Below, piece after piece: positions 11,613-20,988 of a stretch of 64,000 nt of DNA. Source of the DNA: an uncultured Enterorhabdus sp. (GTDB taxonomy: Bacteria; Actinomycetota; Coriobacteriia; Coriobacteriales; Eggerthellaceae); assembly GCA_947649205.1 (NCBI GenBank), contig CANSQM010000009.1, positions 4,757 to 68,756 of the forward strand. The letters run 5' to 3'. Positions within the stretch are counted from its first letter, which is position 1. Each line of letters starts with the position of its first letter. The notes under the pieces were generated by a model that was given only the letters and a program-made list of their open reading frames with translations, made no database searches and was not told the DNA's origin. The position numbers were made by a program, and so were the translations under genes.

Positions 11613-12764
11613 CTAGAAGACGACGTAGGGAATGCACCCGCCGGCCACCATGAGGATGGCGGCGGTGATGGAGGTGAGGAACAGCGAGTCACTGCGATCG
11701 AGCAGACCGCCATGGCCCGGCATGATGGTGCCGGAATCCTTGAAGCCCGAGTTGCGCTTGATGCGGCTCTCGGCCAAGTCTCCCAGCACACCCATGCACC
11801 CGGCGATAACGCCGAAGGCCACCGCCTGCACGATGGACATGGTCACGCCCGGCACGAAGGAGATGGCGCACCAGAACAGCACCGAGCCCACGAGCCCCGC
11901 GAAGAAGCCTTCCCAACTCTTTTTCGGGCTCGTGCGCGGAGCCAGCTTGTGGCGGCCGATCTTGCTGCCCACCAGGTAGGCGAAGGCATCGTTGGCCCAC
12001 ACGCTCAAGAACAGCAGCAGCACCACAATGCCGCCCCACGGCTCCGGCAGCGACACCCGGATGACGATGAGACCGCACAGCAAGAGCCCGGTATAGGCCG
12101 CGCCGAAGAAGCTCACGCCCACATCGGGAATGCGGGCCCGCAGCCAGAACACGTACCACACGATCAGCGCCAGCAGCAGCCCCAGGCTCACGAGCATGGC
12201 ACCGATGAGCCCGGCCAGATACACGCTCGCCGGATAGAGCACCGCCGCGACGATGCCGAGCATCTCGTTGGGCAGCTTCGCATCGGAGCGCAGCATGTAG
12301 AAGAACTCCCCGGCACAGATGCCAGCCACGGCCATGAGCATGAGCACCATGGGGATGTTGCCCGCCAGCACGCACACCACGGTCACCGCCGTGTACACCG
12401 CGCCCGTGCGGAAGCGCACCTGCAGATCGGAGGGGTTCTTCAGCTTCTGGGGAGTCTTGTCGAGGGCCTTGCGCTTCAGGCGGTCGCGCTTCTCCTGACG
12501 GGTCTCGCGCTTCTCCTGAAGGGCCTGCTCCTCTTCCTCGGAAAGGTCGTAGTGCCACGGCGGCCCGGAAGGCGCCGAGGCGGGGTCGCAGGCCAGCGGG
12601 GGCAGCTCGCGCTCCTCGTCCTCGTCGGTCAGCAGGCCGAAGCCGATATGCTCGGCCTTGGGCTCACAGCGGGCCCCCTTGATGCTCGGCGCGCTCTGGC
12701 GCAACCGCTCGCGGGCCCGACGGGCACGGCTCTTCTTCTCGTCGTCGGAGATGCCGCCTCTCAT
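11613..12764 (-). CDS. cdsA: Phosphatidate cytidylyltransferase with charged N-terminal extension
   Basis: SPKKSWEG, GDLAESRIKR..G.KDSG..MPGHGGLLDRSDS. Confidence 0.95.
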   Translation of the reverse strand: MRGGISDDEKKSRARRARERLRQSAPSIKGARCEPKAEHIGFGLLTDEDEERELPPLACDPASAPSGPPWHYDLSEEEEQALQEKRETRQEKRDRLKRKALDKTPQKLKNPSDLQVRFRTGAVYTAVTVVCVLAGNIPMVLMLMAVAGICAGEFFYMLRSDAKLPNEMLGIVAAVLYPASVYLAGLIGAMLVSLGLLLALIVWYVFWLRARIPDVGVSFFGAAYTGLLLCGLIVIRVSLPEPWGGIVVLLLFLSVWANDAFAYLVGSKIGRHKLAPRTSPKKSWEGFFAGLVGSVLFWCAISFVPGVTMSIVQAVAFGVIAGCMGVLGDLAESRIKRNSGFKDSGTIMPGHGGLLDRSDSLFLTSITAAILMVAGGCIPYVVF

Positions 12765-13544
12765 TTAGGCCACGCCCCCGAAACGGCGGTTGCGGCCCTG
12801 GTAGGCCAGCAGGCAGCGTAAAAACTCGTAGCGGTCGAAATCGGGCCACAGCACATCGGTCACCACGAACTCGGAGTAGGCGATCTGCCACAACAGGAAG
12901 TTCGACACGCGCATCTCGCCCGAGGTGCGAATGACCAGGTCGGGATCGGGCATGCCGCAGGTGTACAGCCCGCGCTCGAACATCTCCTCCGTGGGCTCCA
13001 GCACCGCGCCGGTTTCCTCGGCGATCAGGACCGCCTCGCGCATGCAGGCAGCCGTGGCCCGCAGAATCTCCTGGCGGCCGCCGTAGTTCACGGCCACCAC
13101 CAGAGTCATGCCCTCGTTGTCGCGGGTCTTCTCCCACGCGGCATCGAAGGCGTCCCGGGTCTCCTGGGGCAACGGCGACAGATCGCCGATGGTGCGCACG
13201 CGCACGCCCTCGGCATGAAGCCCGTCCACCTCGGCCAGCATGGTCTTGGCGAACAAGTCCATGAGCCCCACGACCTCTTCCTCGGGCCGCTTCCAGTTCT
13301 CCGTGGAGAACGAGTAGATGGTGAGGTACCGTACCCCCAGGTCGGAGGCGCAGCGAATGGTCTCGCGCACCGCCTCGATACCGGCCTTGTGGCCGCGCAG
13401 GCGGTTGAGCGCGCGCTTCTTCGCCCAACGGCCGTTGCCGTCCATGATGACGGCCACCGATTCGGGAATGCGGTCGCAATCGAGCGCCGCGGGGTCGAGC
13501 CCCGCGGGCGGCTGAGGGAATATGTAGTCTAAGCTTTTGACCAT
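12765..13544 (-). CDS. uppS: Undecaprenyl diphosphate synthase (alternative TTG start at 13568)
   Basis: VAVIMDGNGRWA, YSFSTENWKRP, NYGGRQEI, PDLVIRTSGEMRVSNFLLWQ. Confidence 0.97.
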   Translation of the reverse strand: MVKSLDYIFPQPPAGLDPAALDCDRIPESVAVIMDGNGRWAKKRALNRLRGHKAGIEAVRETIRCASDLGVRYLTIYSFSTENWKRPEEEVVGLMDLFAKTMLAEVDGLHAEGVRVRTIGDLSPLPQETRDAFDAAWEKTRDNEGMTLVVAVNYGGRQEILRATAACMREAVLIAEETGAVLEPTEEMFERGLYTCGMPDPDLVIRTSGEMRVSNFLLWQIAYSEFVVTDVLWPDFDRYEFLRCLLAYQGRNRRFGGVA

Positions 13545-13576
13545 ATCGTTTCTCGCGGGTTCGCCCAAGGAACCAA

Positions 13577-14140
13577 TTAGATCTCCATGACCTCGGCTTC
13601 CTTCTTCTTCAAGACCTCGTCGATCTCAGCCACGAACTTGTCGGTCATCTTCTGGATCTCAGCCTCGGCGCGCTTGGACTCGTCCTCGGGGAGGTTGTCG
13701 GTCTTGACGGCCTTCTCCACGGTGGAATTGGCATCGCGACGCGCGTTGCGCACGGCCACGCGAGCCTCCTCGGCGTAGGTCTTGCACTGCTTCACCAGGT
13801 CGCGGCGGCGCTCCTCGGTCAGCGAGGGGAACGGCAGGCGAATGACGTTGCCGTCGTTGTTCGGGGTCACGCCCAGGTCGCTCTCCAGAATGGCCTGTTC
13901 GATGGCGCGGAGCACGCCCTTGTCCCAGGGCTCGATGACCAGCAGATGGGCCTCGGGCGTCTTCACGCCGGCCATCTGGTTCACCGGGGTGGGCACGCCG
14001 TAGTAGTCAACCTTGATGCGGTCGAGCACCATGGCGTTGGCGCGGCCGGTGCGCACGCTGGCGAAGTTGTCCTTCAGCGCCGCAACGGCCTTCTCCATAC
14101 GCTCCTCGGCGCCCATGAGAATCTCGTCGATGTCTGCCAT
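13577..14140 (-). CDS. frr: Ribosome recycling factor
   Basis: VRTGRA, VDYYG, PNNDGNVIRL, EERRRDLVK, VRNARRD. Confidence 0.98.
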   Translation of the reverse strand: MADIDEILMGAEERMEKAVAALKDNFASVRTGRANAMVLDRIKVDYYGVPTPVNQMAGVKTPEAHLLVIEPWDKGVLRAIEQAILESDLGVTPNNDGNVIRLPFPSLTEERRRDLVKQCKTYAEEARVAVRNARRDANSTVEKAVKTDNLPEDESKRAEAEIQKMTDKFVAEIDEVLKKKEAEVMEI

Positions 14141-14224
14141 GAGGTTTCCTCCCTCTTAGAGAACAGAGCCCGCGGGCTCCTCGGATACAAAATGCGCGAC
14201 CGGAAAGGCCGCGGGCCGTGCGCG

Positions 14225-14941
14225 CTACTCGACGACCGTGCCCACCGGCTCGCCCTGGAGCGCGGCCTTGATGTTGCCGGGCGTGGTCAGGCTGAACACA
14301 ATCATGGGCACGTTGTTGTCCATGCACAGCGACGTGGCCGTGGCGTCCATGACGTTGAGGCCGCGGCTGAGCACGTCCATGTAGCTGATGCGGTCGAAGC
14401 GCTGGGCCTCGGGATGGGTCGTGGGGTCGGCATCGTAAACGCCGTCCACTTTGGTGGCCTTCATCACGCAGTCCACGTCCAGCTCGCAGGCGCGCAGGGC
14501 GGCCGTAGTGTCGGTGGTGAAGTAGGGGTTGCCCGTGCCAGCGGCCAGAATGACCACGCGGCCCTTCTCCAGGTGGCGCACGGCGCGACGGCGGATGTAG
14601 GGCTCCGAGACCTCCTGCATGTTGATGGCGCTCTGCACGCGGGAGAAGATGCCGTGGCGCTCGAAGGCATCCTGAAGGGCCAGGGCGTTCATCACCGTGG
14701 CCAGCATGCCGATGTAGTCGGCCTGGGCGCGATCCATGCCCTCGGCCGAGCCGGCCAGACCGCGGAAGATGTTGCCGCCGCCGATGACCACGGCCAGCTG
14801 CACGCCGTCGTGAACGATCTCGGCAATCTCCTCGGCCAGGTCGTCGACCACCTTCGGATCGATTCCATACCCGAGATCGCCGGCCAGCGCCTCGCCGGAC
14901 AACTTCAGCAGAACGCGATCGTACTTATATTCGTTCGCCAT
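14225..14941 (-). CDS. pyrH: UMP kinase
   Basis: [49 protein letters not shown]. Confidence 0.98.
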   Translation of the reverse strand: MANEYKYDRVLLKLSGEALAGDLGYGIDPKVVDDLAEEIAEIVHDGVQLAVVIGGGNIFRGLAGSAEGMDRAQADYIGMLATVMNALALQDAFERHGIFSRVQSAINMQEVSEPYIRRRAVRHLEKGRVVILAAGTGNPYFTTDTTAALRACELDVDCVMKATKVDGVYDADPTTHPEAQRFDRISYMDVLSRGLNVMDATATSLCMDNNVPMIVFSLTTPGNIKAALQGEPVGTVVE

Positions 14942-15080
14942 CGAGCAAATCCCTTCATCGGCAGGTTCTATCTAAACGGATACATATTACCCGAAATAGC
15001 GCCCCCGCACCCCCGCGCTCCCCCAAGACCCGAAAAAACAAACGACCCCCCAGCCCCTTTTCCTTCAATGATTTAGTACC

Positions 15081-15115
15081 AAAAAAATAAGGGGCGGGAT
15101 TCGCATCCCGCCCCT
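15081..15115 (-). terminator. Rho-independent terminator downstream of the DUF3825 gene
   Basis: ggggcgggat-tcgc-atcccgcccc stem followed on the - strand by a T-run. Confidence 0.85.
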
Positions 15116-15214
15116 AGCAACAAACTCACAAAAAGAAAATCTGAACCTAATGCCAATCAAACGCTCAAGCAAATATGACAGCGCTATCTTAAGGCAACCT
15201 CAACTCTTCGTCAA

Positions 15215-16018
15215 CTACACGTGAAGCCAGTAACTCTCAGGCCGCGCAATGAGACGCGCATTGTTGTACGCCATATCAATGGTAAGGCAAGTGTGTCCAT
15301 AATATACAGACCGGTCATCGCTCAGCGACAGCACGAGCGCGAGATCTGCGGTGTTAGGGTTCGTCAAATAGAGCGGCATAAGAAGCTGTATGCGGCCTTT
15401 ATAGTACTGAGGAACAACAGTTTTATAATTGGCCTGGATACGCTTTCTGACCTTGCGAATCTCGCCGTCGATAACAGACCTGCAGAGAGATTCGCCTTCT
15501 TCCCGCAAACTAGCGGGAATGCGCTGGAAGTTTTCGGGATCATGAATAATATGATTCCACTGCGGGATGATTTCCAACCTGCTGTCAAAAAGGAGTAGGC
15601 TGGGGTCATCAAAGTAATTTGCTCGTCTCAAACGCGAATAAGCCTCGTGGCCTACGGGTCGATATTGCATTGTGTAGCTATTGCAGAAGGAGATGAATTT
15701 CCAAGGTTGCTTGTTTTCGTTTGGGTTCTTTTCGCAATAGAAATATATCTCCTGCCAGTTTTTGTCGAAAAGTCCGGTGTTAAAGCAAGCCACATCGTCA
15801 TCTATATAAATCAGCGTCTGCTTGTCTTCATCTGCCGCATCCTCTCGATCACACCAAAGTTTCTCGAAAGTAAAATACAGGTAGTTCTTCAAGATCCCGA
15901 AATCGTTTTTTCCCGGGCAACTCCACCTTTCAGGCTCCAACTCGTCCACGGCAAGCTGCCGAACCCGGCCCGTAAAGAATTCATAGTTGCCCAGAAAAGC
16001 CCAGTCTCTTAGCTTCAT
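15215..16018 (-). CDS. DUF3825 domain protein, AT-rich relative to the host
   Basis: ILKNYLYFTF, FNTGL, NYKTVVPQYY, IQLLMPL, TCLTIDMAYNNARLIARPESYWL. Confidence 0.8.
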   Translation of the reverse strand: MKLRDWAFLGNYEFFTGRVRQLAVDELEPERWSCPGKNDFGILKNYLYFTFEKLWCDREDAADEDKQTLIYIDDDVACFNTGLFDKNWQEIYFYCEKNPNENKQPWKFISFCNSYTMQYRPVGHEAYSRLRRANYFDDPSLLLFDSRLEIIPQWNHIIHDPENFQRIPASLREEGESLCRSVIDGEIRKVRKRIQANYKTVVPQYYKGRIQLLMPLYLTNPNTADLALVLSLSDDRSVYYGHTCLTIDMAYNNARLIARPESYWLHV

Positions 16019-16169
16019 TTTTCACCCCACATATAATATGCTACTAATATCTTCCTATTATAATTAGAAAATGCAATTTAACAATAATATATGCATCAAA
16101 AGTCGAGAGTCCGCCTCCCGCAGCTATCGGCGAGAGAGGATTTTGTCATAGGGACGACTACCTGGCCAG

Positions 16170-17546
16170 CTAAAGCAGCGGTGGCACCTCGGTGGTGCCA
16201 AGATCGCAGTAGAAGGCGTTCGTCTCCATGGCAATGGCATCACCCGCGCCGCCTCCGGCCGGCGTGCCCTTGATCCTCATCACCACGCCCTGAATGGCGC
16301 CCTCGCCATCGAAATAGTAGCTGACAATGAGAGATCCAATGCTCTCCATGCCGTCGAAGAGCCCCGACGGCACCTTCGTCGGATCGGTATTCAGAACGTA
16401 TTCGATGGCTCCGTCATCATACTCGTACACATCGATACCCCCAGCGCAATCCAACAGCGCCAGCGCCTTCTCGATACCGGCGGGGTCATCCGGAACGCCC
16501 GTCTGCGATTCACCGACCACTTCGTCGCCTTGAATCACCTGCGACTGATCGCCATCGAAAATCGTAAGCGTCGCATTGTCTTCGTCCCCGTTAAGTTCCA
16601 GGTACATGGCAGCTTTGAAGCCGTCGGTGCGGTCAACCAGCGCCTCGGCGTATACCGTGGTGATTTCCTCCTGGCCGCCAACCGTCGTGGTGACCGTCGT
16701 CTCAGTTCCCACGGTCATATTGGCGGGAAGGCTCTCCAACCTCTCGCGTAGCTCGGCGGAGGCCTGCGCAGCATCACGCGTCACCAGCGCCCCCTCGTCC
16801 TCGGGCATCGGGGGTACCGTCACATTGCCCCAGTTGTGATAAGTCGTCTCGATGGCCGTGCGCGCTGGCACCGACTGGCCGCCGACCTCCGCAGCGCCCT
16901 TGGCCGTCACCGTCTCGCCCACCAGAGTTCCCATGGCGTTGAACCGACAGCTCACCTCAACTTCCGTCGGCTTCTCCACCAATCCAATAGCCTCGGGAAA
17001 TTCTCCTCCGAACCTCAGGTGGAATACCGTATCCTCTCCATCCTCTTCGACAGAGACCAAGGTGTCATAACGCCAATAGATTTCCTGCCAGCCGCCAACC
17101 AGTTGCCACCCCTCGCCACCAGTAGCTGGATTGATCGATGATACGTCAACAGCCCCTCCCTCGCTCACCTGCACGGTTTTCTCGCCCTCGGCGTACAGCT
17201 CGACGCCGTCTTTCTCTTCCCAGTCGCCTTCGTACTTGATGTACACAAGGGCGGCGCCGTCCGTGTTGTCGGCCACGGTCTCGCTGTTCAAGACGCCTTC
17301 TTGAACGGTGTCGCCCTCGCCAATGACATACCGTTCCGTTGTGTTGCAAGCATAGGAATCGGGAAGGGCGTTTAACAGCCCTTGCAGCCGCTCGGTCTCT
17401 TCCATGCCAACCCCGTCGGCATCACTCGGCTCACTGAAGCTCTCATCGCGCGTCGCATCCGCGCACGCACACAACCCCAGCGCCAGACACAGCGCCGCAC
17501 CCGCGGCCACCGCCTTCCGTGCCGCACGCGCCATACCAGCCGCCAT
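16170..17546 (-). CDS. Putative lipoprotein with two tandem LppX/LolA-like domains
   Basis: Signal ending LGLCAC; two ~190-aa repeats ending YHNWGNVTVPPMP and YCDLGTTEVPPLL; ATG 17546 after a GGAAAGGGG RBS. Confidence 0.7.
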   Translation of the reverse strand: MAAGMARAARKAVAAGAALCLALGLCACADATRDESFSEPSDADGVGMEETERLQGLLNALPDSYACNTTERYVIGEGDTVQEGVLNSETVADNTDGAALVYIKYEGDWEEKDGVELYAEGEKTVQVSEGGAVDVSSINPATGGEGWQLVGGWQEIYWRYDTLVSVEEDGEDTVFHLRFGGEFPEAIGLVEKPTEVEVSCRFNAMGTLVGETVTAKGAAEVGGQSVPARTAIETTYHNWGNVTVPPMPEDEGALVTRDAAQASAELRERLESLPANMTVGTETTVTTTVGGQEEITTVYAEALVDRTDGFKAAMYLELNGDEDNATLTIFDGDQSQVIQGDEVVGESQTGVPDDPAGIEKALALLDCAGGIDVYEYDDGAIEYVLNTDPTKVPSGLFDGMESIGSLIVSYYFDGEGAIQGVVMRIKGTPAGGGAGDAIAMETNAFYCDLGTTEVPPLL

Positions 17547-17643
17547 GGCATTCCCCTTTCCCCTCAAGCTCTCCGCATGGCAGACCGTCCCACCAAGAAG
17601 CGGCCTCCACCCCCATAGTATGCGCCCAAAGCCCGATAAAAAC

Positions 17644-17662
17644 CATCAACGTTCCGTTGATG
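17644..17662. promoter_or_regulatory. Perfect palindrome CATCAACG-ttc-CGTTGATG, candidate operator
   Basis: About 100 bp upstream of the lipoprotein start; same core as the boxes at 33400-33440 and 35790-35830. Confidence 0.7.
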
Positions 17663-17771
17663 ATGCCGCCCTGCGTCGGGAATCCGAGCGAGAACGTCGC
17701 CGGGGCAACAATCCAAAAGCCCAGCACACGCTCTGGGGAGGCGAACCGATAGGACGACTGGCTTCGCCGTT

Positions 17772-18173
17772 CTACGGCCTCACGTTCACGCGCACAATCT
17801 TCCAGCTTCCATCGGCGCCCTTGCGAATGTCAACCCATACACTATCGTATGAGCTGAGGTTGTCACCATCGGAATTCGTGTATCGCTGCGTGTAGCCAAT
17901 CCAAATACCCCCCATGTCGCCCCATACCCATGCAAAGTACTCTTGAAAGTCCTCTGTCCAAGTTCGCGACGAAAAGCCATCCTCATGGCAAACATTTTCT
18001 ATAGCGAAATGCCTCACCACCTTGTCCACTCCCTCATACTCGCTTTGCGACGAAGCCTCTATCTTTGCGACAACTTCGTAGGTGTCCACGCGAGCCCAAG
18101 CAATATAGGAGACAATCACAAGCAAGATAAGGACTCCACAGGCAACAATACGTGACCGAATTTTTCTAGACAT
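17772..18173 (-). CDS. Membrane-anchored hypothetical protein, candidate immunity for the amidase fragment
   Basis: N-terminal TM helix; ATG overlaps the upstream stop (TAATG) after GGAG. Confidence 0.7.
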   Translation of the reverse strand: MSRKIRSRIVACGVLILLVIVSYIAWARVDTYEVVAKIEASSQSEYEGVDKVVRHFAIENVCHEDGFSSRTWTEDFQEYFAWVWGDMGGIWIGYTQRYTNSDGDNLSSYDSVWVDIRKGADGSWKIVRVNVRP

Positions 18174-18615
18174 TAAACTCCTCCCCTGCTCTTGAGCCTG
18201 ACGATGTATGCGCCCTTCGATTCTCCGCCAGCATCGAGAGCCGCCTTCAACGATTGATCAAACCTACGTGTTGTGTTGGCTGCATAGTTAATCTTGTCGT
18301 CCGTTACGCCGCTCACCACTGCAGCATGATGGGCCTTGCCCTCGTCATTGTAGAAGAAGACCAGATCACCCGGCTGCACACCTAGGCCTTCCGTGCCTTT
18401 CGAAAGATCGTTGACAGCGACATTCTTCATACCGGCATTCTTCTGGGATGAATTGGTGTAGACGTTGACCACCTCGCCGACCGCATACCCATTGCTCAAG
18501 TCGCTGAAATACTCGTACTGATCCGACACGCGAATCCACGTCGTAGTGGTATCCCACTCCTTAAAGTACTTTGCATCGCCCTTCCCCGTTTCAGACCAAC
18601 CTCCCATCAACCCAT
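18173..18615 (-). pseudogene. 5'-truncated Amidase_6-like toxin C-terminus
   Basis: LMGGW...TWIRVSDQYEYF...VQPGDLVFF..GKAHHAAVVS..INYAANT; the upstream C-x-NF motif is absent; the 351-aa ORF call upstream of this is spurious. Confidence 0.65.
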
Positions 18616-19658
18616 ACGGAACCTCGGTCGTCGGGGGAGGTGAAAACAACCTGCTCGCCATAGTTGCTATCCCATACAAGCTGAAAGCCAAGACCCTCAA
18701 GACCCGCATCGACCCACCGCTCGAAAAGGAGCTGGGAGGCATACAAGCCGCCAGTCTGGTCGCCGCACAGTCGGAAAAGGTCGCACCCGGCGACACGATT
18801 GGTCGCCAAGGCGTACCGACGGATCCACATGTCGCCATTCGCCCCGCGGGCCACGTCTGTCTCCTCGCGAATGAAAGCGTCCACCTCAGGCACATCGCGC
18901 AGGTGCCACGCAAGCCCTCCGGAAATCCCCACATCCGAGGGACTCGCAACAAGTCCGCAGAGTTCCGCGAAGAACGCCTGGGCGCGACTGTCCATAAGAA
19001 GCGTACCGTCGCCCAAAGGCCTCGCATCACCCCACCCTTCCTCAACCCACGATTCGCCGGCCCACACTCTCCAGACGCGAGGCCGCCATGAGGCATCCTT
19101 TTCAACGGGAACCGCTCTCTCGAACTCGACCGTCGGCCCGGCAACGCCCGATAGCTCGATCCTCGCCCCCGGCCCAACATCGGGTTCGGCCAGCGCCATG
19201 CAGGCACGGGCGAGAGCAATGAAGCCATCCCGATTGGCGACGAGAGTCAGGCTGTCCCCATCGATTTCCGACCCCACATGCTCGCCTGGCTCGAGCTGCA
19301 GGAGAGCACAGGCGTCCCGGCCAGCGCCCTCTGAAACATCGATTGCGATCTCTCCAAGCCTTTCCGCGGGCGGGATACCGGGCCCAGCTTCCTCGCCCTC
19401 GCGAACCAGGGTCAGCTCCGTAGACCCATCCTCCAAATCGGTGCCCGTCTCAAGATGCTCATGCAGTGGGCGACCGCCGTCAAAACTCGCAAGTGACATG
19501 CAGATACGGGCGAGGGAAATAAGCCCCGGACGGTTGGCGACCACGACGATCCTCCCAGAGCGCTCCATCGTCCAAATCCTGTAGCAAGGAGCCCACCGAT
19601 ACCTCATAGTGTCCCCATCCTCCCAGAGGGGATATTCAAGCCTTCTCTTCATGGGCAC
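18591..19658 (-). CDS. Fused immunity protein: two Imm32-like domains plus a DUF1629/Imm11-like domain
   Basis: ANRPGLISLARICMSLA..HEHLE..LEDGSTEL; ANRDGFIALARACMALA; C-terminal GLEGLGFQLVWDS resembles the end of 22667-23245; GAGGAGG RBS. Confidence 0.72.
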   Translation of the reverse strand: MPMKRRLEYPLWEDGDTMRYRWAPCYRIWTMERSGRIVVVANRPGLISLARICMSLASFDGGRPLHEHLETGTDLEDGSTELTLVREGEEAGPGIPPAERLGEIAIDVSEGAGRDACALLQLEPGEHVGSEIDGDSLTLVANRDGFIALARACMALAEPDVGPGARIELSGVAGPTVEFERAVPVEKDASWRPRVWRVWAGESWVEEGWGDARPLGDGTLLMDSRAQAFFAELCGLVASPSDVGISGGLAWHLRDVPEVDAFIREETDVARGANGDMWIRRYALATNRVAGCDLFRLCGDQTGGLYASQLLFERWVDAGLEGLGFQLVWDSNYGEQVVFTSPDDRGSVWVDGRLV

Positions 19659-19882
19659 CTCCTCGCCCTAACGGAACACGAGCTGCAACTCCATTGCGAT
19701 ACCCCAATTGCACACGGCAGGCGACCAGCCGCTATCCGCGCTCGTACTTCAACGCCCCCGCCATTCGCAAGGCGACCGTCCCAGAATCCCAGAGCACTTC
19801 TCTTTCAGCATGATCGCCACGGCTCGCCCTTCCCGTCATCTACGGTATCTGCTTGCCCTGTTTTCCCGTCGCGGCCCAGCCG

Positions 19883-20398
19883 TTATGCCCGTCCCCGCTT
19901 GAGTTCTTCCAGCCACTCATGAGGCGGAAGACCCAGAGCCCCGGAGTGCTGCGCGTCGAAGGCATTCCGGTACCCCCTGCGGAACGCCCCCGCGGCCACG
20001 ACGAGAGGCGGCTCGTCGCAATCGTCGTATGCGAGATCGATGGCATCTGGAACGTAAAGGGACACACCGTACTTCATGGATTCGCATCCAGCATTATCGC
20101 ATCTGAAGTCGCCGCCCATCGCAGAGATCCCCTCCAATACCTCGACGTATTCCCCCGGGAAAAGCTGATATCCCTCAAGGAACACCTCTCCTCCGAAGAT
20201 TTCGACAAAGTCACATTTCCCATGGGCATCGAAACTAACGAACAGGTCGACAAACTCCTCTGTATCCGGATCGCCGGGCGTGCGCGAATCACGCCGAAAA
20301 CGAGTCCGAGGCTCCCCCAATATGTCATGAACCTCCTGCGTCGTCATACCAAATCGCAACCCGTCAACGCCAACATATGGTCTTATTTCATGCCTCAT
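19883..20398 (-). CDS. Putative immunity protein, probably cognate to the decayed toxin upstream
   Basis: IRPYVGVDGLRFGMTTQEVHDILGEP N-terminus typical of genes behind Rhs C-termini; GAAAGGAG RBS. Confidence 0.65.
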   Translation of the reverse strand: MRHEIRPYVGVDGLRFGMTTQEVHDILGEPRTRFRRDSRTPGDPDTEEFVDLFVSFDAHGKCDFVEIFGGEVFLEGYQLFPGEYVEVLEGISAMGGDFRCDNAGCESMKYGVSLYVPDAIDLAYDDCDEPPLVVAAGAFRRGYRNAFDAQHSGALGLPPHEWLEELKRGRA

Positions 20399-20430
20399 AT
20401 ACTCTCCTTTCCGCTATGGCTAGCGCCAAA

Positions 20431-20780
20431 CTAGATAAGCCCTTTTCGTTCGAGTTCGTTGGTGTAATCTTGCATTTGGGATATTTCTCTGTTGTATTTA
20501 TCGCCGAAGTTGCTCCGAATGTCGTCGACGTCCATCTGCTGGGCTTCCCTAAAACGTCCTTGCTCGATTTGTCGTTCTTGCTCTTTTCGATATATCGCCG
20601 CTTTTCACTTCCGCCCCAGCTAGCTGTTTGACGGTGGCCGGCCGACGTGAAGGACGAGGCTGCGTCCGCGTAGTTGCCCCTCGGCAGCGTACCACAAACC
20701 GTTAACCACGTCGGTGCCGGCACCGAAGCCCGGGACGAGCCCATGTAGGACACTGTGCCGTACAGCGTGTGCATCACCCG
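20431..20780 (-). pseudogene. Decayed PT-TG-like segment plus toxin C-terminus, two frameshifts
   Basis: Reconstructed GLVPGFGAGTDVVNGLWYAAEG/NYADAASSFTSA-GHRQTASWGGSE/KAAIYRKEQERQIEQGRFREAQQMDVDDIRSNFGDKYNREISQMQDYTNELERKGLI*. Confidence 0.7.
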
Positions 20781-20988
20781 GTGCCTGAAAGAATCGGTTT
20801 ATAGCGACCAGCTCTACGGAATAGCGCCTCTGAGGGGAGCCTGTCAGCGTCCGGCGGACGCGCCATTCATTTGCCAGGATGAAGGGGAGCAGCTCGACTC
20901 TCTCGCCACAGAACGCCATCCCTCTCGTACGTTTGCACCAGTACGGCGGCACGGCCGGACAATCGACAGCGGTTCCTGCCTTCTCGGC

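Noticed and set aside
15076-15083. GTACCAAA shared with the ends of the 38.2-38.4 kb hairpins as island att sites
   Set aside because: An 8-bp match is expected by chance, and no integrase or tRNA target is present.
19669-19800. Possible toxin-tip relic upstream of the Imm32 fusion
   Set aside because: Only short broken frames (e.g. RLANGGGVEVR) with no motif I can support.
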